From: the human T2T-CHM13v2.0 reference genome, Homo sapiens
Assembly (NCBI RefSeq): GCF_009914755.1
Contig: NC_060937.1
Reading direction: 5' to 3' (one strand)
DNA length: 64,000 nt
This document shows positions 1 to 13,413 of this stretch, in pieces. Numbering within the stretch: the first letter of the stretch is position 1; each line of letters opens with the position of its first letter. Both the position numbers and the translations under genes were made by a program. The notes beneath the pieces are model-generated. The model made no database searches and was not told the origin of the DNA. It worked only from the letters and a program-made list of their open reading frames with translations.

Positions 1-99
1 TCTGAAGGCCATAGAGATGAGAATAGGAACTTCCCACTCCATCATCAATGTTCATTCTGATGTTCTTCTTTAATATGTGCTACACTCTACCCATGGCCT

Positions 100-1110
100 C
101 TTTTTCATTCCCAATATTACTTATTTGTGATTTCCTTTATTTAAAAATAATCAATACTGCCAGAGGTTATCCATTTGTCTTTCCAAAAAACTAGTTTTGG
201 CCTTTGTTGATTCTTTCTGTAATCTGTTGCTTTCTATTTTATTAATTTTGGCCCTTTTTCTTTCTTTCTAGTCTTTTTGGGTTTATTCTGTTATTTTTCT
301 AACTTCTTAAGTACGTGCTTAGTTCATTTTTTAAAAATTCTTTTTATTTTGTAATTTTATAAATTTTCTAAGTACCTCTTTAGTTAGGCCATCCAGGTTT
401 TGAGTATCGTATCTTAATTGTAATCGAGCTCCAAATACTTTATTTCCATAAAAATTTGTCTTTGAAGTTTGTTACTAAATTTATAAATTATGATGAATTA
501 TATTTATCTTTGCATTACTGTTTTCTAACTTAATTGCATAGTGGACAGAGAAGATAGTATGTTTGATACAGACCATCTAGTATGTTGAAACTTGCCTTGT
601 AACTAAGTGCATGGTCAATTTTGAAATGCCTCATTTATGCATGAAAAGAATGAGTCTTCTCTAATTGTTGTCATTCTCTAATTGTTGTAGATAAAACTAC
701 CTAGTTCTCTAATTGTTGTAGATAAAACTACCTAACTGTATTATTTGAATTTTCTATATTCTTAAAAAATTTTGCTACCCATGAGTTAATTAGTGGCAGA
801 AATGTGAGTTCATTGATTTTCTTTGGAATGTTATCAATTTCTGTTTTATATATTTTGAGGCTATGTCATCAAGTACATAGAAGTTTAGCATTATTATTTT
901 TATGGTTAGTGAATTGTTTTTCTGGCCACATGGTTAAGTTTTTTATTCTTAATAATGCTTTTTGCTTTAAAGTTTCTGGTTTCTGAAATAAGACTCTCTG
1001 CCAGCTTTTTTTTGATAAGTATTCTTTGGTGTATTTTATTCTATCTTTGTATTTTTCAACCTGGGTTCTTGAATGTTAGCTGTTTCTCTCTCTCTCTCTT
1101 TCTGATTTAC
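100..1110 (-). mobile_element. Ancient L1M fragment (ORF2 endonuclease region, antisense)
   Basis: T-rich sequence with motifs such as 'ccaaaaaactagttttggcctttgttgattc' and 'catggtcaattttg' resembling antisense L1 ORF2 5' region; highly diverged. Confidence 0.65.
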
Positions 1111-1119
1111 CAACGTACT

Positions 1120-1491
1120 TGTATTAGTCCATTCTCATGATGCTAATAAAGACATACATGAGACTGGGTTATTTATAAAGGAAAGAGGTTTAATTGACTC
1201 GCAGTTTAGCATGGCTGGGGGAAGGCCTCAGGAAACTTAAAATCATGGCAGAAGCGGGGAAGCAAACACGTGCTTCACATGGTGGCAGCAGGGAGAAGTG
1301 CCAAGCAAAAGGGGGAAAAGCCCCTTATAAACCATCAGATCTCATGAGAACTCACTGTCATGAACAGCAGCATGGGGGTAACTGCCCCCATGATTCAATT
1401 TCCTCCCAGCGGGTCCCTCCCATGACACATGGGATTAAGGAAACTACAATTCAAGAAGAGATTTGGGTTAGGACCCAGCCAAACCATATCA
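1120..1491 (-). mobile_element. THE1 (THE1C/D-like) MaLR solo LTR
   Basis: Starts tgtattagtccattctc and ends ccaaaccatatca, the reverse complement of the THE1 LTR; 5-bp TSD gtact (1115-1119) / atact (1492-1496). Confidence 0.95.
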
Positions 1492-2049
1492 ATACTTTAT
1501 TGTCATTCTATGTTATACCTTATGTATGACTGTTTTGTAGAACATAAAGTCTAGGTATCCTGTCAGAATATCACATCTTACGTATAACTTATTTCAAAGC
1601 TTACTGCACCACCAAAAAGCTACGGTTTATTTACATAAACAGTATAAAATTAAGGTAAGAAACTCACATACATTAAAGCATGGACATCAATGCTTCTGCA
1701 TAGTTAGTATCAAAACACCAAAGGCCATGTAAGGAATCCCCATTTGCCTTCGTCCCAAGATCATATTTCCTTTCATTGTGAGTGTCTCTTGTGTGGTTCT
1801 TGGTGAATCAGATCATCTTCTGTGTCTTCTTAGAAGTTAACTTTAAAATCTTCAAAAAGAAATTGAGTTTTTCCCGGTGAACATGATGGGTTTCCTTTGT
1901 AATTGAGTATTAACAAAGTGAAGGCACTTACTTGTATTTTGACTTCATTTTACATCTTAAAGCCTGTTTCAGATTTGATGTCCACACATTATGCTCACCT
2001 GGCAACTTGTATCTTTGCTTTTAAGAAGTGCAGCAGGTGGCAGGGCATT

Positions 2050-2192
2050 TAGGCTGTGAGCTGCTAGGCCATTGTGTTGTCTTGAACAAGTCCATTCATC
2101 CTTCTGAGCCTCAGTTTTCTCATATCAAAAGTGGGGAGCTGGACCAGATAACCTCCAAAGTTCTGTCCAGCTCCAAATGGTATGTTCTATGA
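2050..2192 (+). mobile_element. MIR3-like SINE fragment
   Basis: Core 'ctgagcctcagttttctcat' followed by MIR3-type tail 'ggaccagataacctccaaagttctgtccagctc'. Confidence 0.75.
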
Positions 2193-2417
2193 TTATTTTT
2201 CCATATTTAAAACATTCCAGTCCTTACATCTGTATCCACCATGTTAAACACCATTGCATGAAATTGTGAAGAGCTTATTTATATTTGTAATCAATCAGAG
2301 GTCAAATTGTTCCCAAATTCCATCCCTAACCCTCATTTTTTCACTGCTAAATTGCAAGGAAAGTAGTAGCACTTTCTAGGACAATCAGATAATGTTATTC
2401 ACCATATCTCAAACTTC

Positions 2418-2722
2418 TTTATTTTATTTTAGATACAGGGCCTTTCTCTGTTGTCCAGCCTGGAGTGCAGTGCCATGATCATAGCTGACTGCAGCCCCAA
2501 ACTCCTGGGCTCAAGGGTTCAAGCAATCCTCCCACCTCAGCCTCCCAAGGAGCTGAGACTACAGGCACATGCCACTGCAGCAGGCTAATTTAAAAAAAGT
2601 TTTTTCATGGACGATATCTTGCTTTGTTTCCCAGGCTGATCTCAAACTCTTGGCTTCAAAGGACTCTTTCACCTCGGCCTCCCAGAGTGCTGGGATTACA
2701 GGCATGATCTACCACACCCACC
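2418..2722 (-). mobile_element. AluJ
   Basis: Diverged dimeric Alu with J-type 'gatcatagctgactgcagcc...ctcctgggctcaag'; TSD ctcaaac(t/g)tct on both sides. Confidence 0.93.
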
Positions 2723-3279
2723 CTCAAACGTCTCTTTAGAATGTAAGAAAAATTCTTAGGGACATGAAAGAACATAAAACCTGGAGTAACTGATTTACAG
2801 TGATTGCATGTATCATTAGTTGGATTTGATTCATTCAAATCAAATGTTCCTGCACTCTCACTTTTCCGGTCTCTTCAGTCTGAGGCTTGTTGAATGCCTT
2901 ATTACTTTTATGGTTTCATTAAAGTCACAATGCTCAGCCCACAGTTTTTTAAAAGAGGTAGGAGCTGCCTCCAGGAAATTTCAAGCCACTTGGGACATTG
3001 ACGCCACCTGCTTCTCTGACAGCTTTTTTTGGGGGGTTTACATTGCCATTAGCAGTGGCTCGTCACTTACTGGGTGACTTCAGCAGGTGGGAAGGAGTGA
3101 ATGGGCACAGTGCCCACACATCCTGTTACACAGTTTATAATAAAGAAGAGTCCCTGCCAACTCATTAGAGTTGAATTTAATTTTCTAGCCATGATTTAAT
3201 GACCTTTTTTTTTCTTATTTCATTCTTTCTCTTGATCCCCTTTATAGCCACAATGAGGTCACTGGTACCTGTTTTTTAA

Positions 3280-3950
3280 ACAGTTAATTTTTTTGACATA
3301 AATTTACTCTTAAAGAATTGCAGAAACTATAAAATTCCCATACATCCTTCCATTATATTAATATCTTCCACAACTGTATACACTGTTGCGTTAACATCTT
3401 ACCTAGTCACAATGCATTGATCAAAACAAAGAAGTGAATCTTGTTATAACACTATTAGCTTTTTAAAGTTAATAAACTAAGATCACTTAGATTTCACCAG
3501 GTTTTCAACTAATGTCATTTTTTTCTGTTCTAGGATCCAACCCAAGATCTCACATTAGGTTCAGCTATCATGACTCCTTACTCCTTAGTCTCCTAATTTG
3601 GGACAGGTCCTCATTCTTTCCTTGTCTTTCTAACCTTGACACTCACCAAGAGTTCTGCTCAGTTGTTTCATAGAATGTTCCTCAATTTGGGTTTATCATT
3701 TTCTCATGATTATGTTGCAGTTACGCACCAATGGGAAGGATACTAGAAAAGTTACGGGCCCTTCTTAATACATCCTATCAGGGGTACATGTCAATGTGCA
3801 TATATTACTCACAATGTTAATCATGATACCTTCACTTAGATGTTGTCTGCCAAGTTGCTGCACTCTGATGTTAACTATTTTTCCATTTGTAATTGCTACA
3901 TATTTGAAGGGAGATACTTTGAGACTATGCAAAATGCCCTATTTGGACTT
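3280..3950 (-). mobile_element. L1MC (L1MC4-like) 3' end fragment
   Basis: 'ggatccaacccaagatctcacatt' and 'tagaatgttcctcaatttgggtttatc' resemble the L1MC 3' UTR in antisense. Confidence 0.7.
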
Positions 3951-4572
3951 GAACTTTTACATCAGGCTACCCAAGGCCTAGTTTTCTTTGGGTATAAAGC
4001 TGAGGTTCTTAGGTTACCTAAACTAACAAGCACTCTCCCACTTTACCCAAAATGAATGCCTTCCACAGGGTCAGCTTAGAGTCTTTACCAGGAAGATTTC
4101 AGTTTCCTTTCCATTTCAGACCCATATTAATTACTTCTTACTGTCTTACAAACTCAGTTAATACACTAAATAGAATGCTTATTTTTATTCTGCATTTTGT
4201 AACGGGGATTAACAACTTGCTGAAAATGATTATTGCTTTACCCACCTGCATACATTGCCACCAACATACTTATTTTCTCAAGGCCATCATTGTGATATTT
4301 ATGTTTTCTAAACTTTTCTTGATTTGTGAACTTTTTCATGTGAAAAGACAATTGTGTAAAAATTAAATTCTCATAACTTTAGTCAATCATTGTCCCTTTT
4401 TTTCTAAGAATAAAGTTACATAAAATTGAGACAATCACAGAAAGTCCTGGGCATATGTTCTCTGCATCTATAGCACATTAATCACGTAGCTCAACTTCTC
4501 CCTTTCTGTTCAGGGCACATGATCTCCTTCAACGCAGCTACATCTATGAACATTGAGTTCTATTGTTTTATT

Positions 4573-4606
4573 TGATGAAGATGATGATGATGATGATGAT
4601 GATGAT
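4573..4606 (+). repeat. (GAT)n microsatellite
   Basis: Nine perfect GAT units at 4580-4606 plus a degenerate start. Confidence 0.95.
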
Positions 4607-5027
4607 ATTAGGAAATAACTACTATTTCCAAATGACGAATAGAGAACAGATGTACAGGTACACTTAAAACAGTTCTTGTGAACATTTCTCAAAAAATTGT
4701 TGTGTCATCCCTTATTGCTATTTTATTACATTGCCCATGTTTGACTTATACACTGGTATCCTGTCAGCATGCTTTTTTCCATAGAGCTATTTTTTTTGAC
4801 TGGTACCATCTGTCATTATAACTCATCTTCCATGCTGAATAACTTTGCATGTGATGATTACTTGTTTCCTTGTCACTTGGACCTCGCAGTTCTCCATGAA
4901 AGAGTAGGATCTCACCATGGCCATACTCTGATACCTGACTCATCTGAATTGCTTGCTGAGATTAAAGCTTGAAATGGAGAGTCGATCAAGTATTCTGTTT
5001 AGGCTGGGGTGGGGGTCGGGGCCATGC

Positions 5028-5030
<3 letters not shown>

Positions 5031-5062
<32 letters not shown>

Positions 5063-5068
5063 TGTGTG
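5031..5068 (+). repeat. (TG)n microsatellite
   Basis: (TG)14 followed by cgcg(tg)3. Confidence 0.95.
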
Positions 5069-6009
5069 CTCGCACATGTGCTCATTTGGAGAGGGCAGGC
5101 TAATTCCCATTGCTCAATAAAGCAAGGAAACAGATGGTGCTGTCAGTTCTAGGCATAGCACAATCACACACCATATGAGCATTCCCAAACAGTGCTGCAT
5201 ATGCAAACCCAAGCTGCCAACAATCCCCCTGATATTTAAATCCCCAGAGCTTCAAGAGAACATATTGCACATTCCTTTGAACAATAAAAATTGCTTGACT
5301 TTCTGCTTCCCCTCTAAATTCCTTCCCACTCCCTGCTCCCTGAGGTGTAAGTTAGAGATGAGCTTCAATGTTTAATTTTCTGAAATCAAGTCTTTTTTTT
5401 AAGTCATTTGTTCCCTAAAGCCAAGGGATACTAGCACATTGTGGTACTGGAAATAAATGAGTGGGACTCTTCACAATAAATGTGAAAATTATTTATTCTG
5501 TGAACAAATTTATGAAAAACTATGGGTAAATTGAAAAAGTCTAGATGGAATAGATAGTGATATACATATACACAGTCCTTACCTTCAAGCCACTAATAAA
5601 TAAGAAGAGATAAGATACACAATGTGGCCAAAATAAAAGTTGGGACTTCAATAGCATAAACAGAAAAAACATTTTAATAAGTGACATCACTTCTAGTTGA
5701 GAGGATAAGGAAAGCTGTATGGACAGTAGTAGCATTTGAGTTTGACTTTGAGAAAGTCTGCTTTAAGTTGAGAGGCAAGGGGGCTGTGGCTTACTAGTGA
5801 TTAAGTAAAATGCATGTATGTAGTACTAAAGTAATTCCTATTTCCATCACTAGTCTTTTCACCCATAGAAAATTAAAATGAGAAAAAATATAATATTAAC
5901 CAGTTTTGAGATGTGGACATTTTCCTCTCATTGAAGAGCTCCTTTGCAACAGTTTTCCCTCTGTTTTGAAAACTTTCGGTCCAACTAGAACTCACACACT
6001 TCTGCTTAA

Positions 6010-6340
6010 GTGTAAACTTGGACTGCCACTTTGAAAAACTAAAGCTAAACATAGGATATACTATGATCCAACTAGTCCACTTCTATATATATTTACCAAA
6101 AGCTAGGTTTTAGGATATTTCTAGCAGTCCTTTGTAGTCCCAAACTAGAAGCTACTCAAATGTCCATGACATTCAAATTGATAAATACGTCATCTGAGGT
6201 GAGGTGTTGGTGATATATTATTTCTTCCTCTTGGTTCGGTTAAATGAGTGTGTTCAGTCTATGAAAACTACTCTAATTGTACTTCTATGATATGTACACT
6301 TTTCTGTAGGCATACTATATTTTAATAAAACTTTTAAAAT
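6010..6340 (+). mobile_element. Old L1M (L1ME-like) 3' fragments
   Basis: 'ctatgatccaactagtccacttcta', 'actcaaatgtccat' and terminal 'tgtacacttttctgtaggcatactatattttaataaaa'. Confidence 0.65.
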
Positions 6341-6639
6341 ATTTTCTCAAATTATGATAGCCTAGATTTCTTGAGTATAAAGCATAAAAGAATGAATTTA
6401 TTTAATCTTGCTTTTGATCTTTGAAACATAGTTCTTTATCTTATCATGATTATGAAAATTTGACTTAGTCTATAAGCCTCTAATGGCTCTTCTGTACAGA
6501 TCACATGTATTTTTCTTCAACAGGAAAGTTTGAACTAGATCAGGATCAAAGTTCTTTGGGCTCTTCTCCTTAAATATTGTTCAATAAAGTTCTGTCTTTA
6601 TATTGCTTCTCTTTGCATTGTATCTCATCTTTATATGCT

Positions 6640-7765
6640 TTCTCATTTACCCTATGGCTTCAGTTTCTGCCACTAAAGGGGGTGATACATTTCTAGCACT
6701 TTTCCCTCCCTAGCTCCAGAGACCCTGATGGCATTTCCACTTGGTGTATCGCAGGCCTTTAAATGTAACGTTAAAAAAATGGAGCTTGTTATCACCCCAC
6801 TGTAACTTCCCTTTCCTGCCTGTAATGCCCATCACAGTGAATGGTCCCATTGTCTACCTCGTGATCCAGTCAGAGTCATCTAAGACTCCACTCTCTGCCT
6901 TTTTCTTCACTGCCTAGATCTAATTAGTCCACAAATTCTGTCAGTTCTACCTCCTGCAGCACTCTTAGGCCTTTATTCTCTTTCAGTTGGGAGCCCACTT
7001 AAAACAAAACTTGTGAAGCAAATGAATCTCCAGTCACCAAACTCCTGATTCTGAACCAGCCTCTTCCCACATGTCCGTTCCTTCCACCAGTCTTTGTTTG
7101 TAAATGATACATCTGTTCTTCTAGTTTCTCGAATACGAATCTTTGAGTCAGCTTAACTCTTTTCTCTCACATACCTTAATGGATAGCTCTAGCTTCAGAA
7201 TATATCCAGAATCTGGCCATTTCTTATCACCTCTCTCCCATCCCCACCTCCCTGACCCAGGCCAGTCTCACACCTTTTTATGTTCCAGCCACACTGTCTA
7301 GTTCTCTGCCAGTACTTCATACCACTGTGTGTTTGCACACTTTCCTCTCATTGCTAGGGATGCCTATTCCCCTCTCACCAACCTGGCTAATTTTTCCTCA
7401 GTTCAGGTGAGCGCATCCCACCATTTTCTTTAGAAAATCTTCCCTGGATCCTTTGGCCTGAGCTAGTACTCTGTTTCTATTTCTTTATATTCTGAGTGCC
7501 AAGCGCATTGCCTGGTATGTGGTTGGTGCTCAATAAATTCAGAGAGATTGCTGATGAACTAAACTACTGAACTGTAATAAAGCCTTGACACATTTCCTCT
7601 TACAAACCTTTATTAGAATAATCACACCTTATTTCAATTTTTGTTTTCTGTGTGTCTATCTTCCTCACTGAGTTATGAGCTACTTAAGGTTAGGAAATGT
7701 GTGTCTTAATCATTTTTGCATTTTTGTATGCCCATAGTAGTGTTTAAAAATTAATTGCTAAATGA
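6640..7765 (+). mobile_element. Cluster of L2 fragments
   Basis: Pyrimidine-rich L2 motifs ('ttcagaatatatccagaatctggccatttctt', 'gcctggtatgtggttggtgctcaataaa') with two L2-type 3' ends. Confidence 0.7.
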
Positions 7766-7818
7766 AGACAAACATAAATAACTGGGAGGGCACTTATAAA
7801 TATACATTTCTTGTTAAC

Positions 7819-7940
7819 TGCTATGGACTAATTTGTGCACCCCATAATTCATATATTGAAGTCTTAATCCCCATTTTGATAGTATTCTGAGATGGGGCCA
7901 TTGGAGAGGTAACTGGGATTAGATGAGATCATAAGAGTAA
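7819..7940 (+). mobile_element. MaLR (MLT1A/MST-like) LTR 5' fragment
   Basis: 'tgctatggactaatttgtg...aattcatatattgaagtcttaatcccca...gagatggggcc'. Confidence 0.7.
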
Positions 7941-8277
7941 GTTAGCTCATGAATCCCATCTGAATTAGCTATTTCTGGCTATTATTGAGAGCTGTAGTTG
8001 AGAGCCTCCCTGAAAATGTACATAATATTTTCTCTACAAATTATTGCTTTGTCCTGACTGTACACTTCAACTGATTGGCAGGTGGCACCAATAAGGCCAA
8101 GTTCAAACAGCCTGTCATGTTACAAAGTCACAAATCCCATCCTTAGCCACGACTAGTCATCTCAGAAAAATGGGACAGAATAACCCTACCACTGGAAAAT
8201 CCACCCAAAGTTCATTTCCTCTCGAGCAGGGGTATATAAATGCCATGCTTATAAATTGAAAGAAAATATTGTTATAA

Positions 8278-8626
<349 letters not shown>

Positions 8627-9815
8627 TATTGTAACCAACTATTAACATTGATAACTAATTGTTTCCCTCTTTATTGACTCTTGGGATTATAAATGGCTCT
8701 TCATTTATGTTACCCCAGATATTTAATTTTTACAATGATTATGTTTTCAGAATCCAAAACTATTTACTTTGTGTAATTTCAGAAAGAAATAGGGAATTCC
8801 TGTTAAGAATATTTATTTCCTCCACTTTCCAATTTCTCTCCTGAGAGAATTTACCTGGGTAACTTGATCCTGATGGAAAAACAACAGCTGGCATACTTAC
8901 TTGTATTTAGAGCTTGTGGTTTAATATCTTTAAGTCTAGCATATGTCTGTGGCAGAGCACACTGGGCAGCTGCATTCACATGTTTTCTTGGACTGTTGCC
9001 AATGGCGAGATTGCAGACAATTGTAAGTTTGAAATCAGAAAGGCCTGACTCAGGTTGCAGGCTCCTGATTGTCTGATTTTTAAAATTTGGATAGTCAACT
9101 TAAAATTTAGAAATGAGGACATTCAGAGGACTAATTTAAAACAGACCAAGTAGGAAGTGATTGTCTAACACTTCCCCATAGAGTTGCTTCCAAGGAATCC
9201 CACTCTGTTCAGTGTGTCTTGCTTTCTTAGTTTCTGTACTGTTTATTCCTAAATAATCAGAAAGAGGACAGAATGTTAGTGGCTGTGTCCCATGCTGTCA
9301 AAACATAGCTGTGGTGTGATTACAGGATGGTGAATGTTCTCCTTAAAAATGAAAATAGAAACAACGACAACAAACCCAGAAAAGAAAAATTCTAATTTGG
9401 ATTGTACAACTTCATAATGAAACGTATTGAAACTCACACTAGGGGGTGCAGGCTCACAAAACAGTGCTCTACTCTTAAGCACCCACTTTCTTAACTTCCT
9501 CTGTGTCCCTCCTCTACTGTTTTCCTCAGCAACTACAACTACAGCATTTAGAAGCTCTTTGTTATTAAGGGAAGGGGGAAGACATTATTCTAGGGGTAGC
9601 TGGCAAGGTAGCAAGTTATCCCATTACCAAAGTGATAAAATATTTACCGCATAGAACTGAAAATATCACCAAGTTTTCCCCAGGAGAACTTCCCTCTTTC
9701 TCCTCAGCAAGAAAGCAAGCCACAAAGGCCATCGTGTTGTCCTAGCAGCTATACATCATAAAGCTGATCCCACAAATGTTGACTGTGGCATCTCTCCCCA
9801 GCTCTTTTGCGAAGG

Positions 9816-10261
9816 TGTCACACCAAGTGTCAGGTTCCAGCTCATGCTGAGTTCCAAGGGGAGTGGGTAGATGGGTGGCAGATAGCTGAAAGAACACTCG
9901 GGGTGGGGCATGGGCAGGTGAAATATGGTTTTATTCAGCAGCTCTCTTACACTGTCCACCTTTGTTTTGGCTGCCTGCTCAGGCTCTGGGGCTCCTGCCG
10001 CTCCCACACTTACAGCTGCACTCCCTGGCACGTGGCTGGTTCCTGGCTCCCCGCTGTCCATCTGCAAGAGCTGTGTGTACAGTTGTCAGCAGGGCAGTTA
10101 TACCTTTTACAGACAATAGTGGCTTCGAGCCAAGTATGAGCTTATACAAACAGGTTATATAACAAGTGGAGTTGTGTGCCTGCACTATAAACTCCGAGTC
10201 ACACTGGCCTGGATGTCTGCCTCAGCCTATTCTTGACCAAAGCACGTCCATTTACCTAACA
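9816..10261 (-). mobile_element. ERVL solo LTR (LTR32/LTR18-like)
   Basis: TG...CA termini; minus strand starts tgttaggtaaatggacgtgctttggtcaag; minus-strand AATAAA near 9930; perfect 5-bp TSD GAAGG at 9811-9815 and 10262-10266. Confidence 0.88.
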
Positions 10262-12339
10262 GAAGGAAACAATCCTTGGTGCTGGAAAGTCTGGAGAAAC
10301 TGCTGGCTAAGTTGTGCTTGACAAGGAGTCACTAGTGCACCAAGCATTCTAGGAAGGGGGAGCCAATAGAATCACAAACTCCTTGGGTTAAATTTGTGGC
10401 ACAATCCAGGCAGGTAGTGCTTCTCTTGTATATACTGCCACATTCTGCCTCTGATCCTTCAGGCAAACTGTCTCAGCAGCTTTGCTGTCACAGCGTTCTA
10501 GGGACCAGCCAAGCAGGGAGGTGAAGCTGGCTGCCTCCAGGGAGGCTTTTCTTTCCTGAGGAAGAGCAGGGAAATGTGCAGCTGAGGTTCATCTCTCAGC
10601 TGATCTAGGGCTTTTACATGACTTTTTCCCCCCTTTGCACTGCATCTCATGCTTGAGACATTAGCCTAAAAACCCATCAATGAAGACTATATATATCCAG
10701 TCTTCAAGATCCTCAATTAAGATAACTGTCTCCATTTTAATCTGAAGCTAGCATCTATTAATAGTGATGATTTGTTTTTGAATTTGGGGATATACAGTAT
10801 GTTTTCCAGTTAAAACCCACTGCTGATCAAAACACTGTTCTATTTACAAAGTAGAAGAATGTGCATACATCCAAAATTCAAACAAAACTCTATCACAAAA
10901 GAAAATGACTATTTTCTTAAAGAAACAATCAGCACAGGTCCACAGTACTGGTGGCGATTGTGTTGATCATTAGCAGAGTTTCAAGACAAGCACCCTGATG
11001 CTGCATTTCATTTCCATCTCCTCTAGGTCTTGTCTAATTTTCTTCAAAAAGCGGCCTTTCAAATGCGCTCAAACTCATATGCCTGAGTAAAATGTAGTAG
11101 AAACAGGCTAAGCACCTATACTTAGGCGCTCTGTAATTCTACTCCTCCAGTGTCTTCAATGAGGAGACACTTGATTAGTTATCAGGAGACACAACAAGAA
11201 CCCCAAGGAAAGTCAGGTTCAAGTTGCCCTGATGTAATTACTGATGCATATAATTAAATCATGTACAAAGATATTAAATATTTCAGCAAAGTCTGTTTTA
11301 AGTTGTTTTACTTCTTGAAAGACACTAATGCGAAATGATTTTCTCAGGTAAATGAGATTTAGCTGTGTTGGTAGATCGACCAGACACAGCAGCTGCAGGT
11401 TTAATTAAACGTTTGCCTAACCATATAAAAAGACAGTGATATATCTTCATAGCATCTGGCAGCTTCACTATCCTCCAGTCATTCTTTAATTAGCATGCTG
11501 GTGAATTTAATAGAAAATGGCTTCAACTCAGAAGCAGATGGTTCTTCTGAGTGACAAGGGGAATGACAATTTCTGTCATGTTTACTTCCTATGTAGCTTT
11601 CTAGTTCGAAATATCCTTCAGAGTACAGTTCTGGGGAAATCAGTGGTCCTGTTTAATATCTTCAAAAAGCAACCAATTCTGAATCTCATTCTCTTGAAAA
11701 AGTCTGATTCATGAGCTTCAAAACATGTTTTCCTTTTCTCTCTTTGTTCATTTCTCTTATTTTATGATGATATTAGCCTTTCTGTTAAAAGAATGGGTTT
11801 ATGTAAATGTATATAGTATCTCTGAGGTAGATAAAAATATATGCATCGGACACAATCCAGTCTCTGATATAGATTATCAGAATTTTAAAGTTTAGAAAAT
11901 TTGAACCCCATCTCCCTCTTAATTTAGCGTAACTGCCAGCAACTGGCTTGAGGGAAGAGAGAAAAAAGTCTTTGCTTTTCATAGTTGTTTTAGAAATGAA
12001 AGCAACAGGTAAGAGAAAATTCCAAGGAACAGAAAAAATGAGAACGTCCATAATTGTTGGTGAACGTTGCTTCTCCTGGGCCTATTTGTAGGGCTTTCTT
12101 TCATGAGTGAAAGCTCTTCTGGCTGGCAACTGCTTATGCCCACCCTCTTGTGCTGTGGCTCTGTTGTACATAGGAAATTATAAATAGTAATTTAGTGCAT
12201 TGTACATGGTTAAGATGGACTGAGTGAAAAATGGACAATTTATTTATTTGGAATAAGTGTCATTTCTCTGCTTATGCACTTTTTTTCAGATTTTCAAATT
12301 CAGCAGACAAACTAGTCCAAACTAATCATGAGCAATGTG

Positions 12340-12500
12340 CACGTGCTAAGAGCTTCTGGCTGTGATGATGGACACTTTATTTAAATTCTCATTTAATTCT
12401 CAGAATAACTCTGTAAGGTAGGTGTTGCTAACCCTTATTAAAAATGAAGACATAGGCTAAAGAGGTTATGTGAGTGGGAGAGCCCAGTTTTGGATGCAGT
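12340..12500 (-). mobile_element. MIR fragment
   Basis: 'ctcatttaattctcagaataactctgtaaggtagg...aaatgaagacataggctaaagagg' is the antisense MIR core. Confidence 0.75.
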
Positions 12501-12559
12501 TTTCAAATAGCAATATTGTTCTCTCTACTTGGTGCTGCATTGTTTGAAGACCCAGAGGC

Positions 12560-12960
12560 TATTTATTGCCCATTCACAGAACAAGCATGTATCACATCTA
12601 ACCATGTGCCAGACAGCTGATGGGGATCCAAAGACATGTAGATCCTCACAATTGCCCTTGAGGACCCCTCAGTCAAGGGCGTGGAGATGCAGTCATAATC
12701 ATAATATAGAATGGGGAGAACTGTGTATGACAAAGATGCCTTCAACTACGTTGTGAGCCCAGAGGAGGGAGCAGGCAATTTTGCCACATATCACAAACAA
12801 ATTGACATTGAATTACAGAAGGTACAGGGATTCTCCTGAGAGAAGGCTGTATGGGGGCTTATTCCAAGCAGAGAGAACACAATTAATAGAGGCTTAGAGG
12901 TCTGAAAGAGCTTGGAATATTTCAAGCACAGACAGATGTTTCCATGAATGGAACTAAGAA
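12560..12960 (-). mobile_element. L2 3' fragment
   Basis: 'attcacagaacaagcatgtat...ccatgtgccagac' and purine-rich continuation typical of antisense L2. Confidence 0.6.
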
Positions 12961-12992
12961 GCATGAGCATAGCAGAAATTACCTAGCTCTTT

Positions 12993-13413
12993 GCAGCAAT
13001 GTCGGTAAACTCAAATGTCTACTGATGCCAGATGAATAATAACAATGGCAGAAGTGAACCACGTTTAGTGATAGGGTGTGGTGGGGACTTTGGCAAGCAG
13101 TTTTTATGCTTCATTTTCTCAAAAGGAGATTTTGATTTTTAAAAAAGTTACATTCTTATTGGTCCAGAAGTCCACCTTTTAGGAATTTATGTTGAAATTA
13201 CACCTTCCTTATGCAAAACAACATTTGCATTCATTGCATGCATCCATTATAACGTCTTAAAGAAAATATTGGAGAAAAACCAGGACCTTTTCAAAAAGCA
13301 CTGGCTCAATAAACTTCTCAATTTTCAAAATAAATACAACTTATTCAAACCTAAAGAAAATTGAACATGTCTGCAAGGTGTTTTCATCTCACAAGCTGCC
13401 AGTTTGCAACTGT
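12993..13413 (+). mobile_element. MER102-like hAT element interrupted by an old L1M fragment (~13140-13310)
   Basis: 'aaactcaaatgtctac...gtggtggggactttggcaa' at the left and 'gctgccagtttgcaac' at the right; L1-like 'ccaccttttaggaatttat' between. Confidence 0.6.

Noticed and set aside
657-734. CRISPR-like repeat array
   Set aside because: Simple tandem duplication without spacers, in human DNA.
1850-2040. Possible minus-strand splice donors (cacttac, ctcacc) of a lncRNA
   Set aside because: No matching acceptor or exon structure can be supported without transcript data.
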